Assembly (NCBI GenBank): GCA_951406725.2
Contig: OX597825.1
Span: forward strand, 2,914,001-2,978,000
From: Octopus vulgaris
Lineage: Eukaryota
Length of the DNA stretch: 64,000 nt
Reading direction: 5' to 3'
Part shown: one piece after another, positions 1 through 14,330 of the stretch
Layout of the letters: each line of letters begins with the position of its first letter
Position numbering within the stretch: position 1 is the stretch's first letter
The notes under the pieces: generated by a model
The model's database searches: none
Seen by the model: only the letters and a program-made list of their open reading frames with translations
Told to the model about the DNA's origin: nothing
Program-made: the position numbers and the translations under genes

Positions 1-534
1 ATAGGCAGGGATTTATGGAATGATTAATGGCCCTTCCGGATTATTTTATAATTAGATTTTATTTCCAAGGACGATCAATGTAGCTAATTTTATTGGGTTA
101 GGAGTCCTTAAATTAGACCCAAAGTTCATCGATAGTACGAACAATATATATTTACCAAAAATTAAAGTCTTTAAAATGAGTATTTCGAATACTGTATTCA
201 ATATTGAATTATTAAATACTAGACTCTCGGAAGAAACTCTTTTCCTTGCAAAGTATGTCAATACAATTTTTTTGAATCAAGAGTGACCAAAGGAATATAG
301 ACAAGAAAACGAAACAATGACAAAAGTGGTTCCATTACCTCTGTCATACAATGTAGAGAAATTCAAATAGAAATTCAAATAGAAACAGGCAACATTTAGA
401 TGGAGAACACGATTCGCTCCGCTTCTAGATATTTAGTTTACAGTGTTGAAAATAGGTGTAGGGAAGAAAGGCCGTGAAATTGCAAGAAACTTATGTGATT
501 ATTCTTTAATAAAATTGGACAGTTCAATGAATTA

Positions 535-565
<31 letters not shown>

Positions 566-3500
566 TACACTCTCTCTCTCAAACTCTATATCTCTCTCTT
601 TGCTGCATATGGAATTGGCTTTAAATTTGAAAGAAAATTAGAAAACGAAATGTCCCAGAATGTCCCAGAAATGTCCCAGAATGTCTGGCTAATGTTTCGA
701 ATTCCTTAACATAGCCGAGCAGCGTGGCAAAAGAGATTTTATCTGACAAAGCAAATTGCATTGAATTAAATGTGAATGTTTATTCTAATGGAAGAAGACG
801 TCCCTAATATTTCAAACAACGATTTCTTTTTTTCCGAAATGAGAACGAGTCCCGTGAGTCTACGTTTCATGCTTAACACAAATCAGCTACAACAGAATTT
901 TAATCCGGTAAGGCTTAGTAACACCAATTGCTAACCACTGTCTACCCCTGAATAATGTTTTAGCGTTTGCTGTTTTTAAAAATTTATTTTTGCTTCTGAC
1001 CAAGAATCAACACAACGATACTACCTTTATCTGACTTGGTTTTTCTCTATAGCAATTCACAAAGGCTGCATTTGACACATGAATAGGCCATTCAGACTCC
1101 AAGGACCTCCCTGTCAACCTAACAAATTGGTATTGTCAGTAGATTGTTGGAAAGGGAACTACAGTTCCCTTAATGTCTCCATGCTGTGTGTATTTGTCAT
1201 ATAAGTTGCTTTTTTCCCCTTCAAATATGTCTAATAATATACTTTTTTCTGACGGTTTCAAACATCAATCATGTAGAGAAATCCATTAGTTCAATATTAT
1301 TCAGTGATGTTAGATTTCGGAAAATTACACAGTAGGTACTTGGCCGTCATAAAAGTTTGCAATTAGTGACCTTCAGGTCATTGCAGCAATAAAATATTCA
1401 TGAATCAAATATTCATATTCGCCCCTCCCCCCTCTACCATTACCTTCTGATACCGTTTACCATTTTGTCCTGACAGCAACTTTTATAAAAGTTGCCAATG
1501 TATTAGTTAGCTTCCATTTTTTTCTATTTCATATTTATATTTTTAAATTTTGTTTTTAGCACTTAAAAATCAACATATTAGAACACACCTTTGCTAATAT
1601 TCACATTTTTTGCTAAGGTTCTTCAAAACATCACATAATTATTCCTCTTTTCACTTCGATTCTTTATTTTCGTTTAATGAAATAGTTCAATAGTTTCTAT
1701 CTTCATAATTCACATAATTTTAGCTCGCCTTGTCACAAAATATCTTACAAAAATATACATGAAACAGAGGGGCAGTAGATATAAAGAATGCATTTATCAC
1801 AGACAATAGATATTTTCATTTTCCTCGTACATTTTATAGAAATATTCATTAAGTGTGTATATTCCAGCAGCTCATAGGCACATACTGAATTGCCACAAAC
1901 TGTTGTCAGTGAAAGAAACTGCCAAAGTAATGCTGTAGTGGTTATTTTATCTGTTAAATGAGCCATCTTTTCTCAATGGCATTTATTGGTGACCGGCAAC
2001 AGAAATATCTGTGTCATACAAACGGACACTTCAAGTTATTCACAGTTCTCTTCGCAGCAATGAAGATGCGTAGGCCTGACCTACTTTATTCATACAGTTA
2101 ACAATTATTTCTTTAATTCTTTGCTTAGCATAATGCAGGCCGATGTTTCTCTTGGCAAGAAATACAACAGACGCTCATTGCTGTGGGTGTGTTGACGAGC
2201 GTATAGTCTAAAACAAACATCTCATGGGGAAGAGAATAGTCGAATGTTTTTAATATGAAATATATACATCATGACAAAGTCAAATGCCCCATTCAATTTC
2301 GCTCGGCATACTGTTTCATCTCCACGATTATATGTTCTTCATGTGTTTAGCAATTAAATTTTGTAGTTTTATTTTTCTATCTCAAATTATAACCAATATG
2401 TAATTGCTAGGAAAAGGAGTTAATATTCCTTGGTTTTCGGTTGATTGAGGGGCTCTGGCATTGTTGCCCAAACATAGGGAGGTGGGGGAATACTAGAATG
2501 GAGTATACTGCATAATAAATACAGTAAGTAGTTGTTTGAAAATAGATATCATATATGATAAGTTAGAAATAACATATTTTTCAGTTTAATATAATTTACG
2601 GACACACTCTGTGAGGCAGTTTAGAATCAGTGTCAGTTAATTCCAATTCACTGTTGAATGTGGTTAGATATGTGTCTATGCGTAAATAAATTTGTTCCGG
2701 AATTCACGCGGTCTAAAGCAATTTTTTTTTTTAAATGAGGTGTTTAACGTGCTTTACAGCGAAATATGTCAATCACATTGAAAATACACACGTATTTTAC
2801 TATCGATCGAGGTTTAAATTTGAAAACATAGGGAAGAGTACACCGAAGATATTTTCATGTATTTGCGTATGGAGTCTGTATTTTGTGTGCATAACAGAAG
2901 TCATTTCTGGATATCTCAGACTTCTAGGTATTTCAGAGGTCATTTAAATCCGCGAGTAAAAGTATACACCATAAAATCAGATATATCCTTGCAATACAAT
3001 GCATTGTTTATTACAGTCAAGCATTAGGAGAGATTTATACGCACAGCACATCACTCACAACCAGCAGACAATTTTCCCCATACTTTATCTAATATAACCA
3101 AGTCAATGTACATCTGCATCTATAGTTTCATCCTATCTCTTACACCTCATGGGGACCATAAACCATCAATTGTTATCCATCCAAGATTTTGATTTCTTTT
3201 CCTTCAAATAATACATTTTTTCTGTGTTATCTATGTACGCATATATCCAATATATATATTGTAAACGCATATAAACAATTCGGTTTACACTTTACCTAAC
3301 ATTTTATCGCAGTCGTCTAGCTATATTGATGAGTTTTCAGTTTTGTTTTTGAACGTGACGTTTAAGTATTTCTAAGAACAACGTTTCTTATAGAAGATAT
3401 CCTTGTTGAACATTTTAATATTTACCATTATATATGTATATGTGTGTTTGTCTACTGCAAAGGTCACACAGAGACACGTACAGACACACGCACACGCACG

Positions 3501-3779
3501 CGCATATACACACTGACACACACACACACACACACATATTTAAGATACAAAAAAGAGTTGGAACGAACAGGCCTTAATCCAGATACGACCGTTGTTTCTG
3601 TACATTAGTGTCAGTTGTCATTTGCAGAATGTTCCACATATTATGCATATTATTATAGGAATATGTTATATATATTATCCTGTAATAGCTGTGTACTTGC
3701 ACGAGATCCGGTTTGTGGCATTGCTGAATCAGCTATAATTTTTAATGCTTATATTCTATTTTAGCATTCTCTTCAAAAG

Positions 3780-3869
<90 letters not shown>

Positions 3870-3873
<4 letters not shown>

Positions 3874-4234
3874 CTGGAGTTGTCTGTGTATGGCAGGTCT
3901 GGTAGCCTTCAACTAATACTATCTCCTCCGAGACCCTGCGGCGCATGTTGACCAAAATTGAGAGTATGATAGAAGAAGGCTTGATCTTCATTCAGTAGAA
4001 GATAAAATTCAAATCCGACCAGGTTAAAACCAAGAATTATTTACATCGAAAAGGTGCTTGTTTTCTATGAAAATCCCTATTTCCTACAATTTTTTGACTG
4101 CTGTGTCGCCATTTTTGGGTTTAATTTGAACCAGAAAAATGTTCCAAGCTACATAATGCGGAAGTTTTACTTTTCAAAAATTCTAAATCTAAAGGGTCGA
4201 AACAACTCCGAGCAACGCCGGGCGATAGTGCTAG
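3870..4234 (+). mobile_element. Non-autonomous Helitron
   Basis: Ends in a GC-rich imperfect hairpin (ccgagcaacgccggg), then CTAG (4231-4234) followed by T, the typical Helitron 3' terminus. The 5' end emerges from a (TA)n run (tatatagctggagttgtctgtgtatgg). No ORF. Confidence 0.7.
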
Positions 4235-4283
4235 TATGTATATATATATATATATTAATTTACATTATGTATAATTTAATATA

Positions 4284-5485
4284 TATTAGGCTCATTCACA
4301 TGAAATGTCGTATTTGAACTAAATGTGTCAGGAGTGTGAGAGAACTCGTTTATTTAATCAATGTATGATCCATGTTCATTTATGGTGTTAACACAACGTT
4401 TCTCTAAGTCATATGTTCCATCTTTGAAAAAAATAATCTTTTGTTATGATAAACTGAATGAAAGCCTCAATTTCCTCTTCTCTATTTAAGAATGCTTTCT
4501 TGCTTATGGAAAGCTCGAAATTCTTAAATAAGTGATGATCAGTGGGAGAGATATCTGGGGAATAGGCTGGATGATGCGAAATCTCATAATTCATGCTTTG
4601 CAACTGTTGCACCGTAGCTGGAGGAGCTTTAGGACGCACATTGTCGTGGAGGAAAATTCGGCCATCGCTATTCACTAGTCTGGGTTGCTTCCTTTTCTAA
4701 CCCTCATGCATACACTCAATAAGATGTTGTTGTTACCTTTTTTCCTTGTTGCGAGAATGAATGATGAATAACTCGCTTCTCAGACAACCATACACTGACC
4801 ACTAACTTTTGCGGGTGCAATGTGGTCAATGGTATGTTTGGGTAGTGTTCAAGTGACTCTCTCGCATCTAATCACTTCTCTGTTTTTCTGCAGTTGTCAA
4901 AGAGTATCCATTCCTCATCACAAGTATTTATTTGAGGCAAGCAATAAGGAGCACACTTCGAGGCGTCTGTGTTTTTAAAATTTCGTTCAGTTGATGTAGA
5001 ACAAAACTATCCGTCTTCTTGACTTTTCCAATTTTTTTCAACTATCCAGAAAAAATTGTGCGTGATGTTTAGAGCTCTGATGAAAGAATTCGAACCTTTG
5101 TTTTCTTCAACCAAAGCATTTAATCCATCATAGTGAATAACTGATTTTGACCTACTCCTTGGTTTATTTTCAAGGCTATCATCTCCTGATCGAGAGCTTT
5201 GGAACCATCTCAGAACAGTCCTGATGTTAACAAAACTATTACTAAAGGTCTGCTTGACTTTCCTTAGAAATTATACGGCAGAGTGACCCAGTTTGTACCA
5301 ATACGAAAAAATCACTCAACATATTTTGGTTACCATTTTCATAAGGTCTGTGGTTACGAATTTTGTATACCAATATTGTAGCGAAAGAAAGAGCCAAGAT
5401 TAAATGCAAGATATACATAGCTGAGTTTTGAAATGACTAAAATGACAAGTAATCAATGCGGCATTGCATATGAAACAACCCAATA
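4284..5485 (-). mobile_element. Mariner (DD34D) transposon, near full length, decayed
   Basis: ORF 4409-4675(-) contains HDNVRP and HPAYSPDISPTDHHLF, matching mariner HDNARPH and YSPDLAPxD. Frameshifted N-terminus starts near 5337. Degenerate ~30-bp TIRs: tattaggctcattcacatgaaatgtcgtatt (4284) and aatgcggcattgcatatgaaacaacccaata (ending 5485). Confidence 0.9.
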
Positions 5486-5644
5486 GAATATACGGTAATC
5501 CCTCGACTAGCGCGAGTGTTAGGTTCCAAAACATCCCACAGAAATAATTAAAATCTAAAACATTATACATTATTTTTGGAGAATACTTTGAATCTGCCGC
5601 ACATTGACATACATGCATATGTATATATATAAATTTGGTTTTTC

Positions 5645-5679
<35 letters not shown>

Positions 5680-6269
5680 AATTTGTTTTTCCATATATGT
5701 ATATAAATTTGACTTTTCAACATACCCAAGAATGATGGCATTGGGTATTATTAAATTTATTACTAAGGTGGCTATATATATACTTATGTGCGTATATAAA
5801 CATGTAGTTATGTGTGAGTGTATAAACATATATAGGTGTGTGAGTGTATAAACATATATAAGTGTATGTATATGTGTGTGCGTTCGTGTATGCGTGTGTA
5901 TAATATATAAACATAATTTCTGCTTCTTCACAAAGAACTTTCCTCTGTTTTATCTTTCGTTTGTTGCAAGAAAAAGGATAAGCTAGCAGAATGAACTTTT
6001 TCCGAAACTAGTAACATTATGTATTATTTAACGTGCATCAGGCTTTAAACCGATCTCTTCCAAGCTCTCTTTGTCTCTCCCACTCTTTGTCCCTCTCACT
6101 TTCCCACCTATTCTTATGTAACTTTGCATGTATGTATACGTCAGAATTACATTACTGCCACAAGAACCATTGGCCGATATCAATATATATGGCAATGAAA
6201 TCTTATAATCTGCAGTCGGTTATGAATAAATAAAATGGCAAAATTGCTTATATATATATCTATCTATCT

Positions 6270-6304
<35 letters not shown>

Positions 6305-7171
6305 AATATATACTCGTTCAGGCATTTGGTTTTGATTACTAAAATATATATATATCACAAGATAGAAAATAAGAGGCTTATTCATAAGTTCTGAGAAATA
6401 TACAAAGGCAAAATATCAAATATGTCCCGTGTGTCATTCACTAAAATTATGGAGATAAGTCTCACTTCGAATCAGTAATATTACATTTCTAGAAAAGCAA
6501 AAGTAAAAATAAAAATGAAAATATTGCCAAGAAAAACACGTTTTTGCTCCTTGTTGCATTTGTTGCATGCAAACCATTATTGTTGTTGATGTTATTGTTG
6601 ATATTATCCTCGATCTTGTCGTCGTTGTCTTCATTGTTATTGTCTCTTTTTTGTTGTCTTTCCCCATCATATCGAAACAAAAATTGTATATTCCATCAGC
6701 GTGATGAGATGTTTTCTTTTATTTCTCTACGAGCTTGAAACCCCGTAAGTTTTAATGGGATTGGAAGCAAGACATAAAGCATTGCAATATCTATTATTAC
6801 CACCTTGCTTCCTTTCAAAAGCCTCGACTATGTTCTGTGTCAAACAAATATGCACTAGCCACATTCTGGATTTATTTTCTACTGATTATACACTTAGACT
6901 TAATTTAGAATAAAACGTTGTTGTGTTAGAATGGATATATGTATATCTACACACATGCATATATACACATACGCATACATGGACGTAAATAAATATATAG
7001 CCCAGTAATCAAACGTTCAGCTGTATTCGTGATGTAAATACTATTGTAACTGTTACTGTTCTTCATTGGCTGGCATTTGGTGAGACACTTGGCTTAATAA
7101 TTTAGTCAGCAATGCATTCTGAAAACACTGAAATTGATTAAATTGAAATATTGACAAAGTAGAGATATATA

Positions 7172-7670
7172 TTTTATCTCCTCAAAGACATACAGCATTG
7201 CGAACGAGTCCAGAAGCCGGCTACCCGCATGGTTCTTGGTCTCAAGAATTTGTCTTATGAAGAAAGGCTGAAGACGCTCGCCCTTTATTCTCTAGAAAAA
7301 CGACGACGCCGTGGTGATCTCATTCTTGCTCACAACATCATAAGCGGAAAGTGTAACCTCTCGAAAGAGCTGTTCTTCACTCCTGCTCCAGAGCGTCGGC
7401 TGCGGGGTCATTCCCAAAAGCTGTATCTGCGACGATTTCATCTCAATCGAAGGAGAGGGGCTTTCTCCGTCCGGGTTGCGGATCCATGGAATAAGCTGCC
7501 GGACGAGATGGTGAAGATGCCGACGACCGCTCGGTTCAAAGTCTCCCTTGACCACAAGTGGCCTGAACTCTTTACATGAACACCACCATGTACATAACTC
7601 CATGTCCCCCTACATGGCCTTGCTTTTTGCTTTTTGAGCCAAAACATTAACTAACTAACTAACTAACTAA
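7172..7670 (+). mobile_element. 5'-truncated CR1-clade LINE (ORF2 C-terminus, 3' UTR and (TAAC)n tail)
   Basis: ERVQKPATRMVLGLKNLSYEERLKTLALYSLEKRRRRGDLI...RGHSQKL...FSVRVADPWNKLP is the canonical CR1 ORF2 C-terminus. It ends in taactaactaactaactaactaa at 7648-7670. Confidence 0.92.
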
Positions 7671-8045
7671 AGCATAGTAAACAAATACACTTAAAATTTT
7701 GCTATGAACTAAAAATCAAAACGTGGAGGAAACACAAATCGAAATGCACCAAAACTAAAGAGAAGAAGCAATACGTCCCTCTTTGTAAGTAAGAAACACT
7801 TTACATCGGTCAAGTCTCTAGACAAAAACAAAAAGAGGAATTAAGATCCTCCTAGATATTGTATGTAATAAAGCAATATGAAACGACACCGAGGAATTTA
7901 ACAAGTATGGGGTTAAATAAGGTGTACTGCATTACTTTTAGTGAAAACAAAAATTACTAGATGCATCATATTCTCTTGACACAAAGACGTGCGTGATCTC
8001 GAGATATTTTGAGCCTGGAATCTATGTAAGATATCATTATTAAGA

Positions 8046-8279
8046 TTAAGGCGGCAACCTGGCAGAAACGTTAGCACGCCGGGCGAAATGTGTAGCCGTA
8101 TTTCGTCTGTCGTTACGTTCTGAGTTTAAATTCCGCCGAGGTCGACTTTGCCTTTCATCCTTTCGGAGTCGATAAATTAAGTACCAGTTACGCATTGGGC
8201 TCGATGTAATCGACTTGATCCGTGTGTCTGCCCTTGTTTGTTTCCTCTGTGTTTAGCCCCTTGTGGGTAGTAAAGAGAT
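8046..8279 (+). mobile_element. tRNA-derived SINE with Nin/Inv-like central domain, full length
   Basis: A-box-like tggcagaaacgttag, B-box-like gagtttaaattcc, core gactttgcctttcatcctttcggagtcgataaattaagtacc. Perfect 17-bp TSD agatatcattattaaga at 8029-8045 and 8280-8296. Confidence 0.9.
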
Positions 8280-9324
8280 AGATATCATTATTAAGAATTT
8301 CATTGACAGAATAAAATGGTTAAACAATGATATCGATATAGCGAAGCAAAGCCATTTCATAAAATATCAACCAGTTATAATTCTAATGTGAGAAAAACAT
8401 TCACACGCTGGAATTTTTATTTATAGTGCCATAGGACTTTTCATAGTAATTAGTGATAAATTATCTATCAATAATAATTTTAGTCAGTTGGCCGTAAGGT
8501 CTGTTTCGATTGTATTACAGAAACCTTCTGTAAAGATGAAAGGGACGTAACATGCTTTATTTACCTATTGTTATTTTGAATTTTAGAAAATAATTTGAAC
8601 TAACTATGTAATATAGTGTGCTGTTTTTGACTTCAATTTACAGCTTCGTGGTATTGAATTATTTCAGGCATTGTTCCGTTATTATTTACAGTATTTATAT
8701 TTCACGGATATTTGTCTTTATCTTGTTTGTGGTTAACACAACGTTTCGGCTGATACACCCCAACCTACAATCTCTTCGTAGGTATTACGCATTCACGCCT
8801 AATCTGTACAAGTTTCTTTCTATAACATGCATAAGATATATGCTGCATTTCTCGATTTACTAGTAAAATCATGTAATCTAATTTTACGTCTTGTTTAACT
8901 CTTTGCGCCATTTACTTCTGTTCAATATGTTCTTTTCATGCTGTGTTAATTAAAACACTGAGTTTCTTCCGATATTATGTTTACCTGAAACTATAAGCTC
9001 CTCACATGGGAGCTTTTGCCAGCTTTCATTGGATTTAAAAATATATTGTGTAAATACCCTATATTATTGGACAAGACTCCAATCAGTTTGACAAATAAGC
9101 TCGACGAAACAGCCTGTAAATACTGGAAAATAATCTCTTAGCTTAAAAGCTCAAAGCATTGCCCAGACAACGAATCTTATCCAATCTACGAAGTAATAAT
9201 CATGGCACAAAAAACAGTATATACTTACGCGATTTTATCCATTTTTACACAATTTTGTATGATTATTTTACGATATTTTAAATTCACCGCATTTAAAACA
9301 CCAACAATATAATTTATATCCATG

Positions 9325-9364
<40 letters not shown>

Positions 9365-9664
9365 ATTGACTGATATTGATTGATTTTCGTTACTTTTCCT
9401 CTCTGCCTGTGTGGATTGTTTTCAAGTATTTTGGTTTCTCTGGAATTCCCTTTTTAAAGTAGAAGAAATAGCTAACGTTTTTTGCTGCTATTTCTAAACT
9501 TTGGTATGTGGTAAAGCAAATCTTTGCTGAACTCTAATTATTAAGTATTACCTAAGTTTACCGTGAAATGGTCCTATTTCATGCCGAATTCTACTTGGTG
9601 AAATTATTGATTACTTCTTAATTAATTAATTTTACCCTGTGTTATTATATATATATATATATAT

Positions 9665-9993
9665 ATATTATTGGTGAATTGAAGAAATGGAGCTGAACGC
9701 AGATTGAACAGAAATCGTTTTATTTCATTCTACACGTGTTTCGAAAGGCACAATTTACCAAAATCCGATTGAATAATGGGACCATATTGTGTCTTTCTCT
9801 TCAGGAAGAAAATAGGAAATCCGTTGGAAAAAACAAAAACAGAACAGAGGCGGAGCAAATCGAACTAGGCTCCTAAGAGCCCATGGCGAAAGAGTTTTGG
9901 TAAATTGTGCCTTTCGAAACACGTGTAGAATGAAATAAAACGATTTCTGTTCAATCTGCGTTCAGCTCCATTTCTTCAATTCACCAATAATAT
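9665..9993. repeat. Perfect 99-bp inverted repeat (PLE inverted pseudo-LTR-like)
   Basis: 9665-9763 is the exact reverse complement of 9895-9993. The insert (to ~10150) is flanked by (TA)n on both sides. Confidence 0.95.
9728..9807 (-). ncRNA. Type I hammerhead ribozyme, intact core
   Basis: Minus strand reads ttc-CTGAAGA-gaaagacacaat...attgtgcctttc-GAAA-cacgtg-TA-gaa. Full CUGANGA/GAAA/UH core, 11 of 12 bp in stem II, palindromic stem III and short stem I. Confidence 0.85.
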
Positions 9994-10143
9994 TTTAATT
10001 TCAATTATCCGCACCAACGCACGGGTGCAACACCATATGGATGTACCTCCAACCGTGCTGTTTACTGCTGTGATTTTTGCTACCAAGGTATCGGTTAAAC
10101 TTTTGATTAATCTACTACAAGATTATTCATCTTTCTATTTCAC

Positions 10144-10210
<67 letters not shown>

Positions 10211-10396
10211 AATATATATTATATATGCTGAAATGTTCTTTATAAAATTATTTTCGCATTTTCTATTTTGACTTGTTTTTTCATATATATATATATATAT
10301 TCTCTGAATAATATATAGTCTATTGACTCATTTTTCCTTTCTCGCTAGACCACTGATAACTAAGAATTTTTCGAAGAATATTCTTGCTACCCTAAG

Positions 10397-10435
<39 letters not shown>

Positions 10436-10438
10436 TAT

Positions 10439-10571
<133 letters not shown>

Positions 10572-10664
10572 TGAAATCTTTTACACCCTTGGATTTTTAT
10601 TTCACTCTGTTAATTATATATATATATATATATATATTAGTGTGATATTTACATAATTCGTTTT

Positions 10665-10875
10665 CTTTTCACCATAGGCACAAAGACTTATATTTGTTAG
10701 TGAAAATTACCAGACGATTATACCAACCCTAGCGCTCCACTGGTTCTCATCATATCGACACCGAAAGGATGAAAGACTAAATCGGTCCCAGGTGAATTCG
10801 AACTCGGAAAGTAATGAGTAGAAGGAGATAACACTAAACATTCTCTTCAGCGCGGTAATGATTTTGCAAGCGCTA
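10665..10875 (-). mobile_element. Degenerate SINE, same family as 8046-8279
   Basis: atcgacaccgaaaggatgaaagactaaatcgg...attcgaactc is the reverse complement of the SINE core and B box. Confidence 0.7.
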
Positions 10876-11246
10876 AAATAATCATCTCAATTGAAGACTT
10901 GTAATATTTTTGCGTAAGTTATTGTTGTAATTATGCATCTAGAATATTTCGGAAATACGGGAATTTATAACGATTTAGTTAGCTAATACTCAAAGGACAT
11001 TATATGAATTATCTATTATGTATTACTGAAAATAGCATCACACATACGTACGACCATTATATTTAATAGACATTTGCATTTGACACGCACAATTTAACAA
11101 ATACATCATTTAATAACACATAGAATCTTCCAGATATACATATATATATATATATAGATAGATATATATTTAAATATATACATACATATTTATACATATA
11201 TATATATGTGCATATATATGTATATATGTAAATGTATATATATGTT

Positions 11247-11283
<37 letters not shown>

Positions 11284-11313
11284 CTTTATGTATCCATACA
11301 AATATACGCACAC

Positions 11314-11354
<41 letters not shown>

Positions 11355-11404
11355 CATATATATACATACACATATACGCACATGTATATACACATGTATA
11401 TTTC

Positions 11405-11480
<76 letters not shown>

Positions 11481-12462
11481 TATGTATGTTTGTATGTACG
11501 TATTAACGTATGAATGTTCATGCTTATACATACCCTGATATTTATATATATAGAAATATACATGTATATATATATATATATCGGTATATACATACCCGCG
11601 CGTACAGAGTTGCATATGTATATGCCCACATAAATATATGCATTCGCCAACACGTATACCTATATATGCGTATGCATGTGTAAAATGCAAAATAAAAACG
11701 AGAGAGAGGGTGATAATGAGACACGCATGCACTAAATAGTTCATATAAAAATACAAAGATTTTTATTTTGTTTTTTTAATTCCACTCACTTGATGTTGGA
11801 TAGTAGAACGCCTTTTGGCCTGAGCCCAATAGATGAGGGTTAACATTCTGGGAATCTTCCATTACCACAACTACAATAATATCAAAACAATTTATTTCAA
11901 TTTCTGATTCATGCACGGTTTCGTAATTTTGAAATTAAACACCGGTGATCATGGCGATTTATGTATAACGATTGACGTCATAGTGCAACCACCTAACCGT
12001 CTGCAACCACGGCAAATGTAATTTAAGCTTTTCAGACATTATCAGTCATTTCCGCTCAATCAACAGTTGTGTTACGACCATATTCTCCTATCGTAATTCA
12101 ATTTATATCTAGCAGGCATGGTAGGAATATCAATCGACCCTGTCACTACATGATTAGTATGTTTTTATACTGGTCGAATTGGAATTCTATAGCTGATTGA
12201 ACCAAATATTGTTACGATCATACTTTACATAAGTCTATATGTCTATAGACATATGCCTGTGCACATAACATTTGTTTCTCAATTGTCCGTGGCTTATTAG
12301 TAACTCTTTACTTGTCAGTACTATACAGAGATACACGATGTCTGCGAATGGCACATCTGCATGTTCCGTTAATTTTTTTATGCTTTGCAACAATATTACT
12401 GAGAGATACATATGTACATATATGCATAATCATATATGTACGCATATATACATATATATCTA

Positions 12463-12514
<52 letters not shown>

Positions 12515-12551
12515 TATATATTTGTTTCCTCTGTCTTCGCTTCTCTGGATC

Positions 12552-12585
12552 TTTCCGACGAAGAGCTCCTCTCGAAACGTTAAAC
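12552..12585 (+). ncRNA. Minimal hammerhead-like motif (CCGACGA variant)
   Basis: ttt-CCGACGA-agagctcctctc-GAAA-cgt-TA-aa, inside a ~170-bp insert (12512-12684) flanked by (TA)n. Confidence 0.55.
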
Positions 12586-12682
12586 CCTCCTTCTTTCCTT
12601 CTTTCCTGAGCATCCAATAATACTATATGTGCTCCACGTCCTCGCGTTGTTGTGTTTTTTGTGCCTTCGTGTTTGGATTAAC

Positions 12683-12726
<44 letters not shown>

Positions 12727-12753
12727 GTACACATATGCATAATAATATATGTA

Positions 12754-12851
<98 letters not shown>

Positions 12852-12881
12852 CTACATATATGCATAATCATATATTTACGC

Positions 12882-13011
<130 letters not shown>

Positions 13012-13849
13012 ATGTACATTCATGTCTGCTGCAGGTCTTCGTTATAACGGAACGTGACACGAGGAAACTATGACCAAGTAGTCATACTTTCCTCATGTCA
13101 TGTTCAATCAGTTTATCAATCTGCGTTTTACAGCAGATGAATAGAATTGGAGAATATTTGCATTTTCCCTAAATAAAATTCAAGCAATTTTCTTGGACAT
13201 CGTAATGGAATGAACTTGATGTTGGGATTCACTAATTTACAATTATACCGGTGGCATAACTCATGTTAATTAAATTGAATAAATTGTCATATTTTACTTA
13301 AAAGAATTTAATTAATCATACAGTGCTAATGAACAATTGTCATCTCTCGCAATTTAATTTCAATATCGACCATTTTCTTTGTTTGAATTCTGAAATATTA
13401 AGCCGCTCGCTTCTTCATAAAATGCCTCTAAAAACACATTATCTATTTAAACGACAGCTACGCATTATACAGACGGGAACAACTGCATAAATTGTGGAAT
13501 GATAATATTTTAACTTATAAATATATAAAACAATTAAAAAAAAATAACGTATTGCTTTCTCTTTCGAAATATTTGCCCTGAAACACAAAAATATAAATTA
13601 GTCAATTCATTATGCACAGTAAAATGTGTTTCGCCCCGAATAGAAAGTTTTACAAAATGCACAACGTTTTTATGAAATGCAGGACCGACTTAATGAAAGT
13701 AATATAACGAAGTGCTATAAGTATTCTTAGTGAAAAAGAAAAGCTTATCTTCAGTTGTAGCTTCATTGTTTATACATTCGCTTCATATAGCCGTGTTTCG
13801 CCAGCGTTCATCTTTTCACACATACATACATACTTATACACATACGCTA

Positions 13850-14330
13850 CTGGTTGCATATTCTTGAACTTTCAGCAATCCGTCTGTAGACAGCCCATAA
13901 GAAATTGCTATCGGACCTGGAATGGCATACACTCACCTCTTAGATCGCACCGACTGGATGTAGGCCGGCAGGCTGTCCATCGATATTCTGCCGGACTTAT
14001 GCGTGGGGAGGCACATAACGTCCCTATATTTTGTGCACTGTATGAGCGTGCGCAGTACATCTTCTCGAGTTGCTGTGCCTCTCTACCACCCCGACGTATA
14101 GTGTATTGTTCTAAAACCTGTTGCAATTTAGTACTAGCTATAGTGAAAGGTGCTTCTACTTCGTCATTTGTCTGTCGGGGTCGCATAGTACTGACACAGC
14201 ATTTAAACAGATCTCAAACGCTACACGCATTGCAGTACACATAATGAGTTTCAAGAGAAAACATGAATGGAACAATAAGACCACCTCCACACTACACCAC
14301 ACAAGATGAGGATTAAAGGTAGAATATAAA
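13850..14330 (-). mobile_element. Tc1-like transposase remnant
   Basis: ORF 13908-14186(-) QQLEKMYCARSYSAQNIGTLCASPRISPAEYRW resembles decayed Tc1 QQDNARPH...WPxxSPDLxPIExxW. Confidence 0.45.

Noticed and set aside
647-686. Short tandem gaaatgtcccagaatgtcccag repeats, possible CRISPR-like array
   Set aside because: Simple slippage duplication without spacers in eukaryotic context. The same applies to the duplications at ~51925-52010 and 55272-55331.
5077-5097. CTGATGA...GAAC
   Set aside because: Lies inside the mariner coding remnant and has no three-way junction.
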